A DNA stretch of 64,000 nt from a bacterium (GTDB lineage: Bacteria; UBA8248): the NCBI GenBank assembly GCA_965261085.1, contig OZ253442.1:3040001-3104000 (forward strand), read 5' to 3'. Numbering within the stretch: position 1 is the first letter of the stretch; every line of letters begins with the position of its first letter. The translations under genes and the position numbers were made by a program. The notes beneath the pieces are model-generated. The model had not been told where the DNA came from and did not search any database. It saw nothing but the letters and a program-made list of their open reading frames with translations. Of the stretch, positions 18,500-28,017 are shown piece by piece.

Positions 18500-19414
18500 A
18501 TGGCCAGACCCGACATCGACACCCCCTTGCGCTCCATGCTCTTCATCCCCGGATCGAGCGAGAAGATGGTGGGTAAAGGACCCACCATCGAGGCGGACGC
18601 CGCCCTGTTCGATCTCGAGGATTCCGTCGCCCCCCAGATGAAGGAAGAGGCGCGAAAACTCGTGCGCGCAGGCATCGCGGAGACGATGAACGCGCCGAAC
18701 GGCCCCTCCACCATCCTGGTGCGCGTGAACGACGTGGAATCGGGCATGCTGGATGAAGACATCGACGCCATCATGACGGAGGGCCTGGACGGCATCTTTC
18801 TCCCCAAGCCGGAGGGTGCTGCGGACGTGCGGACGGCGGATGCTTTATTGGCGAAATACGAGCGTGAGCGCGGATTGACCGAAGGCGGCATCGGCATCAT
18901 CGCGCAGATCGAGAGCGCCTCGGGCGTGGTGCATTGCTACGACATTTGCCAGGCGGCCGACCGCGTCGTGGGCGTGAACCTTGGTAGTGCGGAGGATGCG
19001 GATCTGTGCCGCAGCCTGGGGGCCACCTGGACCGAAGACGGCACGACGATCCTCTACACGCGAAGCAAGGTGCTCGTCGAGGCGCGCGCCGCGCGTCTGC
19101 CCCACCCCACCGACGGCGTCTACATGCGGCTGCAGGACGACGAGGGCTGCCGGGCGGATGCGGAGTTCGCCAAAAAACTCGGCTACACCGGCAAGGCGGC
19201 CATCCACCCGAGGCAGGTGCCGATTTTCAACGAGGTCTACTCGCCGAGCGAGGAGGAAGTCTCCTACTACACCGAGATGGCCGAAGCCTACCGGGAGGGC
19301 GAGGCGCAAGGCCTTGGAGCCGTATCGTTCAAGGGCAAGATGATCGATATCGCCATGGTCAAGCACGCCGAGAACGTGCTCGCGCGCGCCCGCGCCATCG
19401 CCGAAAGAGCATAG
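18500..19414 (+). CDS. CitE/malyl-CoA lyase-like (HpcH/HpaI aldolase/citrate lyase family)
   Basis: RSMLFIPG, DLEDSV, VRVN, LPK, GKAAIHPRQ, GKMID. Confidence 0.9.
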   Translation: MARPDIDTPLRSMLFIPGSSEKMVGKGPTIEADAALFDLEDSVAPQMKEEARKLVRAGIAETMNAPNGPSTILVRVNDVESGMLDEDIDAIMTEGLDGIFLPKPEGAADVRTADALLAKYERERGLTEGGIGIIAQIESASGVVHCYDICQAADRVVGVNLGSAEDADLCRSLGATWTEDGTTILYTRSKVLVEARAARLPHPTDGVYMRLQDDEGCRADAEFAKKLGYTGKAAIHPRQVPIFNEVYSPSEEEVSYYTEMAEAYREGEAQGLGAVSFKGKMIDIAMVKHAENVLARARAIAERA

Positions 19415-19423
19415 GCTGCGCGC

Positions 19424-20449
19424 ATGACGGACACATCAGACCCCATCGAGCATTTTTTCGCGCAACCCTGGTCCGACGGCCTGCCCGTCGTGGTCCCGAC
19501 CGAAGAGCGTCTGGTGGACATGCTGGGAAAACACGCGCCTGATGCGCTCATCGGCCACGTACCGCCCGCGAACCACCCGGCCACCGTGGAGGCAGTCGCC
19601 CTTCACGCCGTCATGGCGGGTTGCAAGCCGGAATACCTGCCCGCTCTCCTTTGCGCGCTCTCCTGCATTCTGGACACGCGCTTCAACATGAACGGCATTC
19701 AGGCCACGATGAACCCCGCAGGCCCCCTCATCATCATGAACGGCCCCTATGCGAGAGAGATAGGCGTACACGGCGGCACGGGCTGTCTGGGACCGGGCTT
19801 TCGGGCCAACGCCACCATCGGCCGCGCGCTCAGGCTCATGCTCTTGAACCTGGGCGGCGGGGTTCCCGGCGTGGTGGACATGAGCACGTTCGGCAGCCCC
19901 AGCAAGTTCGCCTACTGCCTGCGCGAGAACGAGGAAATCAGTCCCTGGCCCTCGCTGGCCGAAGAACGCGGATTCACGAAGGAGGAGAACGTCGTCACCG
20001 CCTGCGCGGGGGAAGGCCCGCGCGTGGCTTTGGATGATTCGAGCGATCACCCGGACGGGGTGCTCACCACGATAGCGAGCACCATCTCCACCATGGGCAC
20101 GCGCCACGCCTACTCGCCCGTGGGCGTCACGGTGCTCATGGGCCCCGAACACGCGCAACTCTTGGCGGACAAGGGATTCAGCAGAGACGACGCGAAGCGC
20201 GGGCTGCAGGAACGCGCCCATCTGCCCGTGGGACTGCTCAAGCGCGGCGGACGCTACCGGGGAAAAGAGAAAAGCGAATGGCCCGAATGGGTGGATCATG
20301 ACGATGATGACTGCATGGCGCCCATGATTCGGGGGCCCGAGGACGTAACCCTCCTCGTGGCGGGCGGTCTGCCCGGGCCGTCCACCTTCGTCATCCCGGG
20401 ATGGAACAACACGAACCAACCCGTCTCCAAGGCGTTTGTGGTGGAGTAG
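19424..20449 (+). CDS. Conserved hypothetical protein (WSDGLP.V.PT / RANATIGRALRL family)
   Basis: Long ORF with host-like codon usage and recognisable conserved blocks; function unknown. Confidence 0.75.
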   Translation: MTDTSDPIEHFFAQPWSDGLPVVVPTEERLVDMLGKHAPDALIGHVPPANHPATVEAVALHAVMAGCKPEYLPALLCALSCILDTRFNMNGIQATMNPAGPLIIMNGPYAREIGVHGGTGCLGPGFRANATIGRALRLMLLNLGGGVPGVVDMSTFGSPSKFAYCLRENEEISPWPSLAEERGFTKEENVVTACAGEGPRVALDDSSDHPDGVLTTIASTISTMGTRHAYSPVGVTVLMGPEHAQLLADKGFSRDDAKRGLQERAHLPVGLLKRGGRYRGKEKSEWPEWVDHDDDDCMAPMIRGPEDVTLLVAGGLPGPSTFVIPGWNNTNQPVSKAFVVE

Positions 20450-20491
20450 CCGCTAGCCAAGGATTCTAGGTGCTAGTCACGCGCGCTCATC

Positions 20492-21159
20492 TCATGGGGC
20501 GGTGAGCCGCTCGAAGGTGGTGTCGTCGAGCTACCCATGGGAGACAAATCCCCGCTCGGTCTGGAAGGCGCGCAGAGCCGACCAGGTGCGCGCTGGGCAG
20601 CGGCGACGCGGGGAGCGTCCTATCCGTCGGACTGCGCGGCGCACCGCAGTCGGGAGGCGTCCGGTAGCAGGGCCAGGATCTGTCCGTTCACCAATTCCTC
20701 GTCGTCAGGGTTCCCCGCGCGAATGACGGCGGGCCGCGACAGAAACGGGGAGTCGATGATCTGACGTATCCCAGGCAGGCTCTGGCCTTTGACCGCGTTC
20801 TCGGGGAACTTCGACCGATCGTCCGGGTGTACTCGGATCGCCTTCAGCCTCCACCAGCCGACGTTGCGCGAGAGCATCCACATCTCACCGCTAACGCCAC
20901 CTTCGGGATGGAGGCGGTTGAACGTCTTCACCATGAGGTGCCCGCTGCGTGGATCGCCCTTCCAAGGGCCATTGTATCCGCCTGTGGGCAGCAGGGCAAG
21001 AATCGGATTGTTCTGCTGTGGCAGGCCGCAGGTCACTGTCCACACGCGCTCGCGCGTCTGTGCCACCGCGTCTGTCGCGAGAACGAGCAGAAGGAGCGCA
21101 AGCACCACGGCGCCCAGCGCGGCAGCGGCGGCGGAAGGCTCGGTATGAGTCGATGTCAT
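20492..21159 (-). pseudogene. Secreted protein with decayed C-terminal peptidoglycan-binding domain
   Basis: Signal peptide. After TAG 20620 the frame reads DAPRVAAAQRA, then a shifted frame reads TWSALRAFQTERGFVSHG*LDDTTFERL. Confidence 0.6.
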
Positions 21160-21535
21160 GGTGGTGTCTCCTGTGACATGGGAGGGGCGCGTGAGGGTTA
21201 CAATGATGCGGCGCCAGCTCCGTTTGCCGTGCCCGCAGTTCCTTGTTCCAGATCCTCAGGATTGACTGTAGCCCGCCACGTTACACGCCGCAAGCGTCCG
21301 CGGTGCCGTCACGTCTGGCGGCAACCCTGTGGAGCGGTAACGTGTGCAAGGCCCGGTACTGGGCTGCGGGAACATGTGCGGCGGCCGCTGCTAAGCAGCG
21401 GGAACGCGCGAGCCCGCACCGCTCGGGCTAAGTGCCGTTGACACAACGGCTTGTAGCGCTCGAGCATTTGAGCGGTCAGGAAGCGAGTTGAGGATGCCCT
21501 TCGGCGCGTGGTTTTCACACCTCACACATGGACCC

Positions 21536-23065
21536 CTAACAACCGTAGGCCTTGTTCTCCTGGGGAGAGAGGCGTTTCCAGGCCATCGCCAGTTCCACCA
21601 AAATCCGCACGCCCACGCCGGTCCCGCCCTCGGGGCGGTAGGCTTCGTCTTTTGATGTGTGCGAGGGACCCGCGATGTCCAGATGCACCCAGGGCGTCTC
21701 GTCGGCGAAGTGCTGTAAGAACGCCGCCGCGGTGTTCGCACCCCCCCAGCGCGCGCCCGAGATGTTGCACATATCGGCTATCTTGCCCTTCATCGCCTCA
21801 CCGTATTCCGGAAACAGCGGCATGTGCCAGACGCGATCGCCGGTGCGCTCGCCCAAGTCCCGCACGCGGCCCAGGAGTTCATCGTGCGTGCCGTACATGC
21901 CGGTCACCTTCTGGCCCAGCGCCACCATGCACGCGCCTGTGAGCGTGGCCAGGTCGATCATGCACTGCGGGTCGTATTTCTCGCGCGTGTAATGAAGCGC
22001 GTCGGCGAGGACGAGCCTGCCCTCGGCGTCGGTGTTGTGGATTTCGATAGTCGTTCCCTTCATGGAGCGCACGATGTCGCCGGGCCGCGTGGCGTCGCCG
22101 TCCACCATGTTCTCCGCAAGGCCCGCCACGCCGATCACGGGTACGCGGGGCTTGAGCCGCGCGACGGCTAGCATCGCGCCCAGCACGGCGGCGGCCCCGC
22201 TCATGTCGGTCGTCATGAGTTCGAGACCACCGCTCGGCTTGATGGATATGCCGCCGGTATCGAACGTCACCCCCTTGCCGACGAAGGCGACGGGTTTCGT
22301 CTTGACGCCTTGGGGCCTGTATTCGAGGACGACCACGCGGGGCGGCTCGCTGCTGCCCTGCCCCACCGAGAGAAGAGCGCCCATCTTCTGCCTCGCCATC
22401 TGTTTCTCATCCAGCACCCGGCACTTTAAGCCCTCGCTGCGCGCCATTGCCTGCGCCACCTCCGCCAGCGCGGGGGGGCGTTTTTCGTTGCTGGGGGTGT
22501 TGATGAGGTCGCGGGCATAGTTCGTCCCCTCAGAGAGAATCCGCCCATGCCGCACACCGCGCCGCATGGCGCTCAGGTTCTTGCCTGGCCCTCCGCACAA
22601 AACAACGCGCGAGACGTCGCTCTTATCTTCATCATCCGCGGTCTTGTACTTATCCATCCGGTAGAGGGCGAGCCCCACGCCCTCAACAATTGACTGGGCC
22701 GCCTCACGCGCGTCGAGGCCCTCTCTGATGGTGGAGGAGGCCGAAAATGCTATCGACTTAAGCCCCTCGGCTCGCGCGAGCTTGGCCGCCAGGCCACATG
22801 CGCAGCGAACCGATTCGGGAGATACCTCATCGCCCAGCCCTGCGAGGATGATGAACTTAGGTCCTGCCCCTCCCGCAGGAGTCGGCAGAAAGGAGATCTG
22901 TCCCTCCTTCCCCTCGAACACCTTGCGCTCGCGCAGGGAGGCCAGGGCGTCGCCCAGAATGTTTTCCAGTTGCTCGTTTTTCTCATCTTTCTCCATGAGG
23001 CAGACCAGGGCGTCCGTCCCCTGATCGAAACCCTCACCTCCCACAACGGAGAACCGCATGACCAT
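21536..23065 (-). CDS. pepA: Leucyl aminopeptidase (M17)
   Basis: VGKGVTFDTGG, DMSGAA, NTDAEGRL.LAD, ATLTGA, HLDIAG. Confidence 0.95.
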   Translation of the reverse strand: MVMRFSVVGGEGFDQGTDALVCLMEKDEKNEQLENILGDALASLRERKVFEGKEGQISFLPTPAGGAGPKFIILAGLGDEVSPESVRCACGLAAKLARAEGLKSIAFSASSTIREGLDAREAAQSIVEGVGLALYRMDKYKTADDEDKSDVSRVVLCGGPGKNLSAMRRGVRHGRILSEGTNYARDLINTPSNEKRPPALAEVAQAMARSEGLKCRVLDEKQMARQKMGALLSVGQGSSEPPRVVVLEYRPQGVKTKPVAFVGKGVTFDTGGISIKPSGGLELMTTDMSGAAAVLGAMLAVARLKPRVPVIGVAGLAENMVDGDATRPGDIVRSMKGTTIEIHNTDAEGRLVLADALHYTREKYDPQCMIDLATLTGACMVALGQKVTGMYGTHDELLGRVRDLGERTGDRVWHMPLFPEYGEAMKGKIADMCNISGARWGGANTAAAFLQHFADETPWVHLDIAGPSHTSKDEAYRPEGGTGVGVRILVELAMAWKRLSPQENKAYGC

Positions 23066-23318
23066 CTCCTCTTAAGAAGCACCACATCAGATGAAAAGCG
23101 AATTTCACGGAGTGTATCCCAGAGCGGCGCGCACGGCTATACGGTTCGGGATCTCCCGTTCTGTCACTCATGAGGATGGCGCGCGCCGATTGTCTTATCC
23201 CTGCCCCTGCCCCTAGAATGCCCACTCATTGTTGGCAGGAAACGGGCGGGCCGAGTGCGTCGAGACCTCTCTTGCCAAAAAGCGATAACTTCTTTCCTCT
23301 CACACGAAGGAATGCGCC

Positions 23319-23756
23319 ATGAGTTTTTACAACTGGGACATGCTGCCCTTGAGTCAGGATCGCCCGGGCGTCGCGCACCGGAGGATTTTTGGCGACAACA
23401 TCCAGATGCAGCACTTGATCACCGAGCCGGGCGGCACGCCTTCCAAAATGCACAACCATCCCGATCACGAGGAGTTCTTCTACATCCAGGCGGGCGAGTG
23501 GGAGTTCACGCTCGAAGACGAGGTGCGGCGCATAGGCCCGGGCGACGTGGTGCACGTCAAGGCGGGTGCGATGCACACCTTGAGGCTCCTGAGCGAGGAG
23601 CCGGGTATGGCGCTCGAGGTCTTCTACCCCATGTGGAATCCCGAACTCGCAGGAGACATGAAGGATTTCACGATAGACGCCATCAAGAACCGCATGGAGT
23701 TCGCCGAAGAACCCGACGATATGAACCGGGGCCGCCCGCCCGGACACGGGGAATAA
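23319..23756 (+). CDS. Cupin domain protein
   Basis: HNHPDHEE.FY...GE, GD...AG..H; GAAGGA RBS. Confidence 0.85.
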   Translation: MSFYNWDMLPLSQDRPGVAHRRIFGDNIQMQHLITEPGGTPSKMHNHPDHEEFFYIQAGEWEFTLEDEVRRIGPGDVVHVKAGAMHTLRLLSEEPGMALEVFYPMWNPELAGDMKDFTIDAIKNRMEFAEEPDDMNRGRPPGHGE

Positions 23757-23847
23757 GCGTGGGAGCCGCCCTCGCCGAGGCGGCGTGCTCCGCGGCTACG
23801 GCGTCGTATTCGTGAGAGAACTCCCGGTTATTTTGACTCAAACGCAC

Positions 23848-23889
23848 AAAAAAACAGGCGACGCCCGTCGACGCCGCCTGCTGTTTTTT
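23848..23889. terminator. Bidirectional intrinsic terminator
   Basis: A7-CAGGCGACGCC..GACGCCGCCTG-CTG-T6. Confidence 0.8.
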
Positions 23890-23933
23890 ATATTTCCCTC
23901 AATGTTCCGTTCCAGGTAACACCAAGGGTCGGT

Positions 23934-24029
23934 TTAGGGCTTTTTCAGTACCCTCTTTCGGGGGTGAGCCGTTTTCAGGACCCTCCGATGAGAGTTTTCA
24001 AGGGCGGTTACTATCAATCTTCTTACCAT
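23934..24029 (-). CDS. Putative 31-aa basic small protein MVRRLIVTALENSHRRVLKTAHPRKRVLKKP (or sRNA)
   Basis: GAGGAGG RBS, its own promoter and terminator; below the ORF-track length cutoff. Confidence 0.55.
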   Translation of the reverse strand: MVRRLIVTALENSHRRVLKTAHPRKRVLKKP

Positions 24030-24074
24030 GACAGCCCTCCTCTAGCTACTTACAAGTGCTATTTGTACTCACAA

Positions 24075-24103
24075 ATCCTAGCGAAAGACGGGAGCCATGT
24101 CAA
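24075..24103 (-). promoter_or_regulatory. sigma70 promoter
   Basis: TTGACA-N17-TAGGAT on the minus strand. Confidence 0.75.
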
Positions 24104-24209
24104 GCATTTTTTCCCCAAAATGCGAGAAAAATCTCAATCCCATATATATCAAATTCTTAACCCCAGAATTTCATCGCCGACTCACCCGCCCGGCTAGACG
24201 CGCCCGCCC

Positions 24210-25316
24210 CTACGCTTCGATGATGGCGGCGACCACCCCGCCGCCCACGGGACCCTGGTGAAACACGAGACCGGCCGAGACGTAGACCGCCGGGTCCTGC
24301 ACCACGGAGGCGATGACCGCATTCGCCACGGCGCGCACGGGCCGCGTGCCCAGAACCGAATCGGTAAGCAGCGTGACGCGCTTATCCAGAAGCCTGCCGT
24401 CCCACGGCGCACCCGCCTTGGCGAGCATGTGCACCACCTTTTTCAGGTCCTCCTCCCCCGGCAGTCCGTCGAAAGAAAGACCTGCGTTTTTGAGCGACTG
24501 CCGAACGGCGTCGGCGTCAATCAAGTGCTGCATCACCGCCCGGCCGATCTTGTAGCGGCTTACCGATTGGGCGGAGTTCGCCAGCACCACGACTTCAGAG
24601 CGCATGAGCTCCACGCCCGCCGAGCAGGAGATCATCTCCGAATACAGGTCGCCACGGCTGCATATGTCAGATATCTCGAATGATGCCCTGTCGATCTCCC
24701 CGAGTCCCACCGCCGCGCCCAGGGCCGAGCAGCCGTTCGAGAGGCTCATCGAGCGCGTGGTGTCCGTACTCACCACCTTCTTGCCGCGCGAGGCCGCGTC
24801 GTTGATGCGGTCAGACGTAAGCAACGGGCACTTGACCTGCACGTAGCCCACGTCGTCGAGCGAATCCACGCCCGACTTTGCGAGCGCCTCCGCCGCCGCC
24901 TCGGCCACGAGGTCCACCTGCGCCATCGTGCCCAACTCCTCGGGCAGCAACTCTCTGGTGAAGGCGACTCCCATCGAGAGACGCTTCTCCCCGGGGCTTT
25001 CGGCGTCGCCCACGTCTGTCTTTGAAAACGCCACCGCGTGGGGGCTCATGACCCCCTCGCATCCGCCCGACATCACCATGGCGCACATGCCCTGGATCTC
25101 GGAACGGGAGAGGCCGAGCGTCTCCATCATGTAGTCCTCGAAGGAATGGAGAGCGTAGGGCCTCGAGTAATCGTTCACCCGACCGTTGCCCTCCGTCTTG
25201 GCGATGATGGCCTGAATGTCCGCCGCCTGAATGCGGCCTCCCGTCACCGCTTCCGTGAGGCCAGAAACATCCTCGGGCCCCGCCATCTGAAACTTCACCA
25301 CCTGGGTATCAAACAT
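24210..25316 (-). CDS. Ring-opening amidohydrolase, cyanuric acid hydrolase/barbiturase family
   Basis: KTEGNG, MSGGCEG, VKCPLLT, SCSAG, LAKA, HQGP.GGG; GAGGAGG RBS. Confidence 0.9.
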   Translation of the reverse strand: MFDTQVVKFQMAGPEDVSGLTEAVTGGRIQAADIQAIIAKTEGNGRVNDYSRPYALHSFEDYMMETLGLSRSEIQGMCAMVMSGGCEGVMSPHAVAFSKTDVGDAESPGEKRLSMGVAFTRELLPEELGTMAQVDLVAEAAAEALAKSGVDSLDDVGYVQVKCPLLTSDRINDAASRGKKVVSTDTTRSMSLSNGCSALGAAVGLGEIDRASFEISDICSRGDLYSEMISCSAGVELMRSEVVVLANSAQSVSRYKIGRAVMQHLIDADAVRQSLKNAGLSFDGLPGEEDLKKVVHMLAKAGAPWDGRLLDKRVTLLTDSVLGTRPVRAVANAVIASVVQDPAVYVSAGLVFHQGPVGGGVVAAIIEA

Positions 25317-25441
25317 GAGTTCACCTCCTCAGTATTCGCCTGAAACCTTCGCGCAGTTGCGCCGATCTCAAAGGCGAGTGGATGCCGAAATCATCAAACC
25401 TCCTCATTCGTCAAGGGACGCCCGATGCGCGAACGCCCGTT

Positions 25442-26845
25442 TCATGTCCCCGGAACCACCAGACCCGCCCGATCGACGATGGCCGCGGACGCCGCCTGCG
25501 CCTCTTCGCGAATCGCGCGCTCCTCATCCTCGCTCATCTTGCTCAAGCGCCCCGCCTCCATGAGCGGCTCGCCGTCCACCCAGACCCAGCGCACCTCCGT
25601 CCCGTGGGCCTGATACGCGAGCACCGAGGGCAGATGATGATTCGGAAACATGTGGGGACCGCTCATGTCGAGCAGAATCATGTCCGCGCGCTTGCCCACC
25701 TCGATGGAGCCTATCTCCTCCTCCAGGCCGAGCGCGCGCGCGCCGTTGCGTGTCGCCATGTCGAGCACCTGCTGCGCCGTGATGGCGGCAGGATCCTGCT
25801 GCACGCCTTTGTGGAGCAGGCAAGCCAGCCTGATTTCCCAGAACATGTTGGCCAGATCGTTGCAGTTCACGTTGTCCGTCCCCAAGGCCACGGGGATTCC
25901 GTAACCCAGCATCCGGGGCACCGGCGAGACGCCCGAGCCCAGATACATGTTGCTCGATGGGAGATGCACCACCTGCGTGCCGGATTCTTTCAAAAGACGA
26001 ATGTCTTCCTCGCTCAAATGGATGCAGTGGCCCGCCACCAGACGCTCTGAGAGCAACCCCCAGGCCGCCAGATGCTGCACGACGGGAAGACCGTCCACTT
26101 CCGATTCCATCGGGTCTTCAGATACGTGCGTGGAGACGCGAAGACCCCGCTTCCCGGCCCATTCGTCCACCTCGCGGAACGTCTCGGGCTTCACGTAGAC
26201 GGGGATGTTCGGCCCCGGCCAGACGAGAACCCGGCCACCGGAGCGGCCATGGTATTTGTCCACCAGATGGGAAGTCTCCTCGAAGACCTCATCCCTCGTC
26301 TTGAGGCTGGGCGGAAAGGTCTTGCCCCAGGCGGCGATGTGGGAGTGCGCCCGATCGGCGAGTTTTCCCGAAGGCGATATTTCATTGAAGCTCAGGGCGA
26401 AGACGCTCCGCATGCCCGAATCGTCCATGGCCTCTATCATCGCCTCGGCCTGCGGGATGGGGATGCGCTCGTTCGTCACCACCGCCGTGGTGCCCGAGCG
26501 AATCGCCTCGCACGCAAAGAGTTTTACGGAGAGCGCCGCATCATCGGGCGTATAGGCCACCTGACCGGGCGCCATGACGTTCAGACGCCAGTCCATCAGC
26601 CGCCTGTCCGCGCCAAGGCCGCCGCGCAGTAGAATGCACATGATGTGGCTGTGAGCGTTCACCAGCCCCGGCATGAGGGCCATGCCTTCCCCGTCGACCA
26701 CCCGCGCCGCGCCTGCGTTTATCCTCGATTCTGAAATCTCGGCGATGCGGCCACCCTCGACCAACACGGACGCGCGCGCGATGACCTCGCGCCTCTCGTT
26801 CTGGGTGAGGACGCAGGCGTTTTCGACCACGAAACGACCCGTCAT
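25442..26845 (-). CDS. Metal-dependent amidohydrolase/deaminase (AtzA/TrzA/MtaD-like)
   Basis: PGLVNAHSH, THVSE, AGHCIH, LGTD, GSIEVGKRAD; start placed at ATG 26845. Confidence 0.9.
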   Translation of the reverse strand: MTGRFVVENACVLTQNERREVIARASVLVEGGRIAEISESRINAGAARVVDGEGMALMPGLVNAHSHIMCILLRGGLGADRRLMDWRLNVMAPGQVAYTPDDAALSVKLFACEAIRSGTTAVVTNERIPIPQAEAMIEAMDDSGMRSVFALSFNEISPSGKLADRAHSHIAAWGKTFPPSLKTRDEVFEETSHLVDKYHGRSGGRVLVWPGPNIPVYVKPETFREVDEWAGKRGLRVSTHVSEDPMESEVDGLPVVQHLAAWGLLSERLVAGHCIHLSEEDIRLLKESGTQVVHLPSSNMYLGSGVSPVPRMLGYGIPVALGTDNVNCNDLANMFWEIRLACLLHKGVQQDPAAITAQQVLDMATRNGARALGLEEEIGSIEVGKRADMILLDMSGPHMFPNHHLPSVLAYQAHGTEVRWVWVDGEPLMEAGRLSKMSEDEERAIREEAQAASAAIVDRAGLVVPGT

Positions 26846-26989
26846 GGAGAAACCCTCCGTTGGTGTGTTCCCCAGAATACGATAATCAGGCGGATTTGAA
26901 TATCTCCGGCGCAAGCCGCGCCTTGCCAGAGAGGGAAAAGAGCATTATTAGTGTGAGAAAGAACCCGACAAATCCGAGGAGAGACGCCG

Positions 26990-27385
26990 ATGTCCAAAAT
27001 CAAATTCCTGCAGCATTTCAGCATCTATTGCCGGGATTTACCGGCCATGCACAAATTCTACAACGAAATCCTGGAACTGCCCGAAATGCCTCGCCCGCAC
27101 TTCCCCTTTCCGGGCTACTGGTATGAAGCGGGAGAAGACCACCAGATCCACCTCGCCAAGGTGAGCGACACCCACGTGTCCCACTCCATCAGCGACAACG
27201 AAGATGGATACATGGACCACCACTTCGGGATGGTGACCGAAGATCTGGAAGGAATGAAAGAGCGGCTCAAGGCGCACGGCGTCCCGTTTCACGATGAGCC
27301 CTATGGATACCCCCAAATCTTCTTCCGGGACCCGGAGAACAACCTGATCGAGGTCGCGTCCACGGCGATGTTCGACATGGAATAA
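26990..27385 (+). CDS. VOC/glyoxalase family protein
   Basis: HFSI...FY..IL.L, IHL, HFG, FFRDPENNLIE. Confidence 0.85.
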   Translation: MSKIKFLQHFSIYCRDLPAMHKFYNEILELPEMPRPHFPFPGYWYEAGEDHQIHLAKVSDTHVSHSISDNEDGYMDHHFGMVTEDLEGMKERLKAHGVPFHDEPYGYPQIFFRDPENNLIEVASTAMFDME

Positions 27386-27516
27386 AGAGCGCGCCGGGGC
27401 AAGCCGGCCCCGGTTGCCGTGATTCCCCGTCCGCCCAGGCCGTGAAGTCCATACGCGGCAGTAGAACGCCACCGTTTCCCCGTCCCGGTTTTCCGATGAT
27501 TTCTGGAGATCAAGCC

Positions 27517-27909
27517 ATGTCATTTAAAAAATTCCACACCACGCAGGTCACGGCCGGTGCCGGCAGCTACTCCCAGGGTCTTCTCGCCGGAAAGACGCTC
27601 TATCTCGCGGGCCAGACAGGGGCGGGGCTCGACGGCGCACCGCCCGCGCGCGGCGACGCTGCGGCCCAGGCCCGCCAGGCGTGCGAGAACATCCGCCGGC
27701 TTCTCGAAGAGGCGGGCGGCGACCTCTCACACGTCGTGAAGCTCACGAACTACATTACCGACAGGGCGTACCGCAAAGCGGTGTATGCGGTGATCGCGGA
27801 ATACTTCGGCCCCCATGCGCCGGCGAGCACGGGGGTGATCGTGGACGGGCTGGCTTCCGAGGATTTTCTCGTGGAGATCGACGCCACGGCCTATATTCCC
27901 GAGGCCTGA
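27517..27909 (+). CDS. RidA/YjgF family protein
   Basis: YSQG, LYLAGQ, VVK, PAST..V.GL, VEIDA; start at ATG 27517 after GGAG. Confidence 0.88.
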   Translation: MSFKKFHTTQVTAGAGSYSQGLLAGKTLYLAGQTGAGLDGAPPARGDAAAQARQACENIRRLLEEAGGDLSHVVKLTNYITDRAYRKAVYAVIAEYFGPHAPASTGVIVDGLASEDFLVEIDATAYIPEA

Positions 27910-28017
27910 GAAGAAAGGGCGTATTGAGAAATGCGCCGCAAAAAGGCAGAATAGGGACACATACAGACAAGTTCGTGAGCAGCCCGTGAGGCTGAATCCT
28001 TTCAGGGGAGACGGATC

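Noticed and set aside
20450-20620. Integron attC site after the orphan secreted gene
   Set aside because: No RYYYAAC...GTTRRRY box pair was found; the region is better explained as a decayed coding domain.
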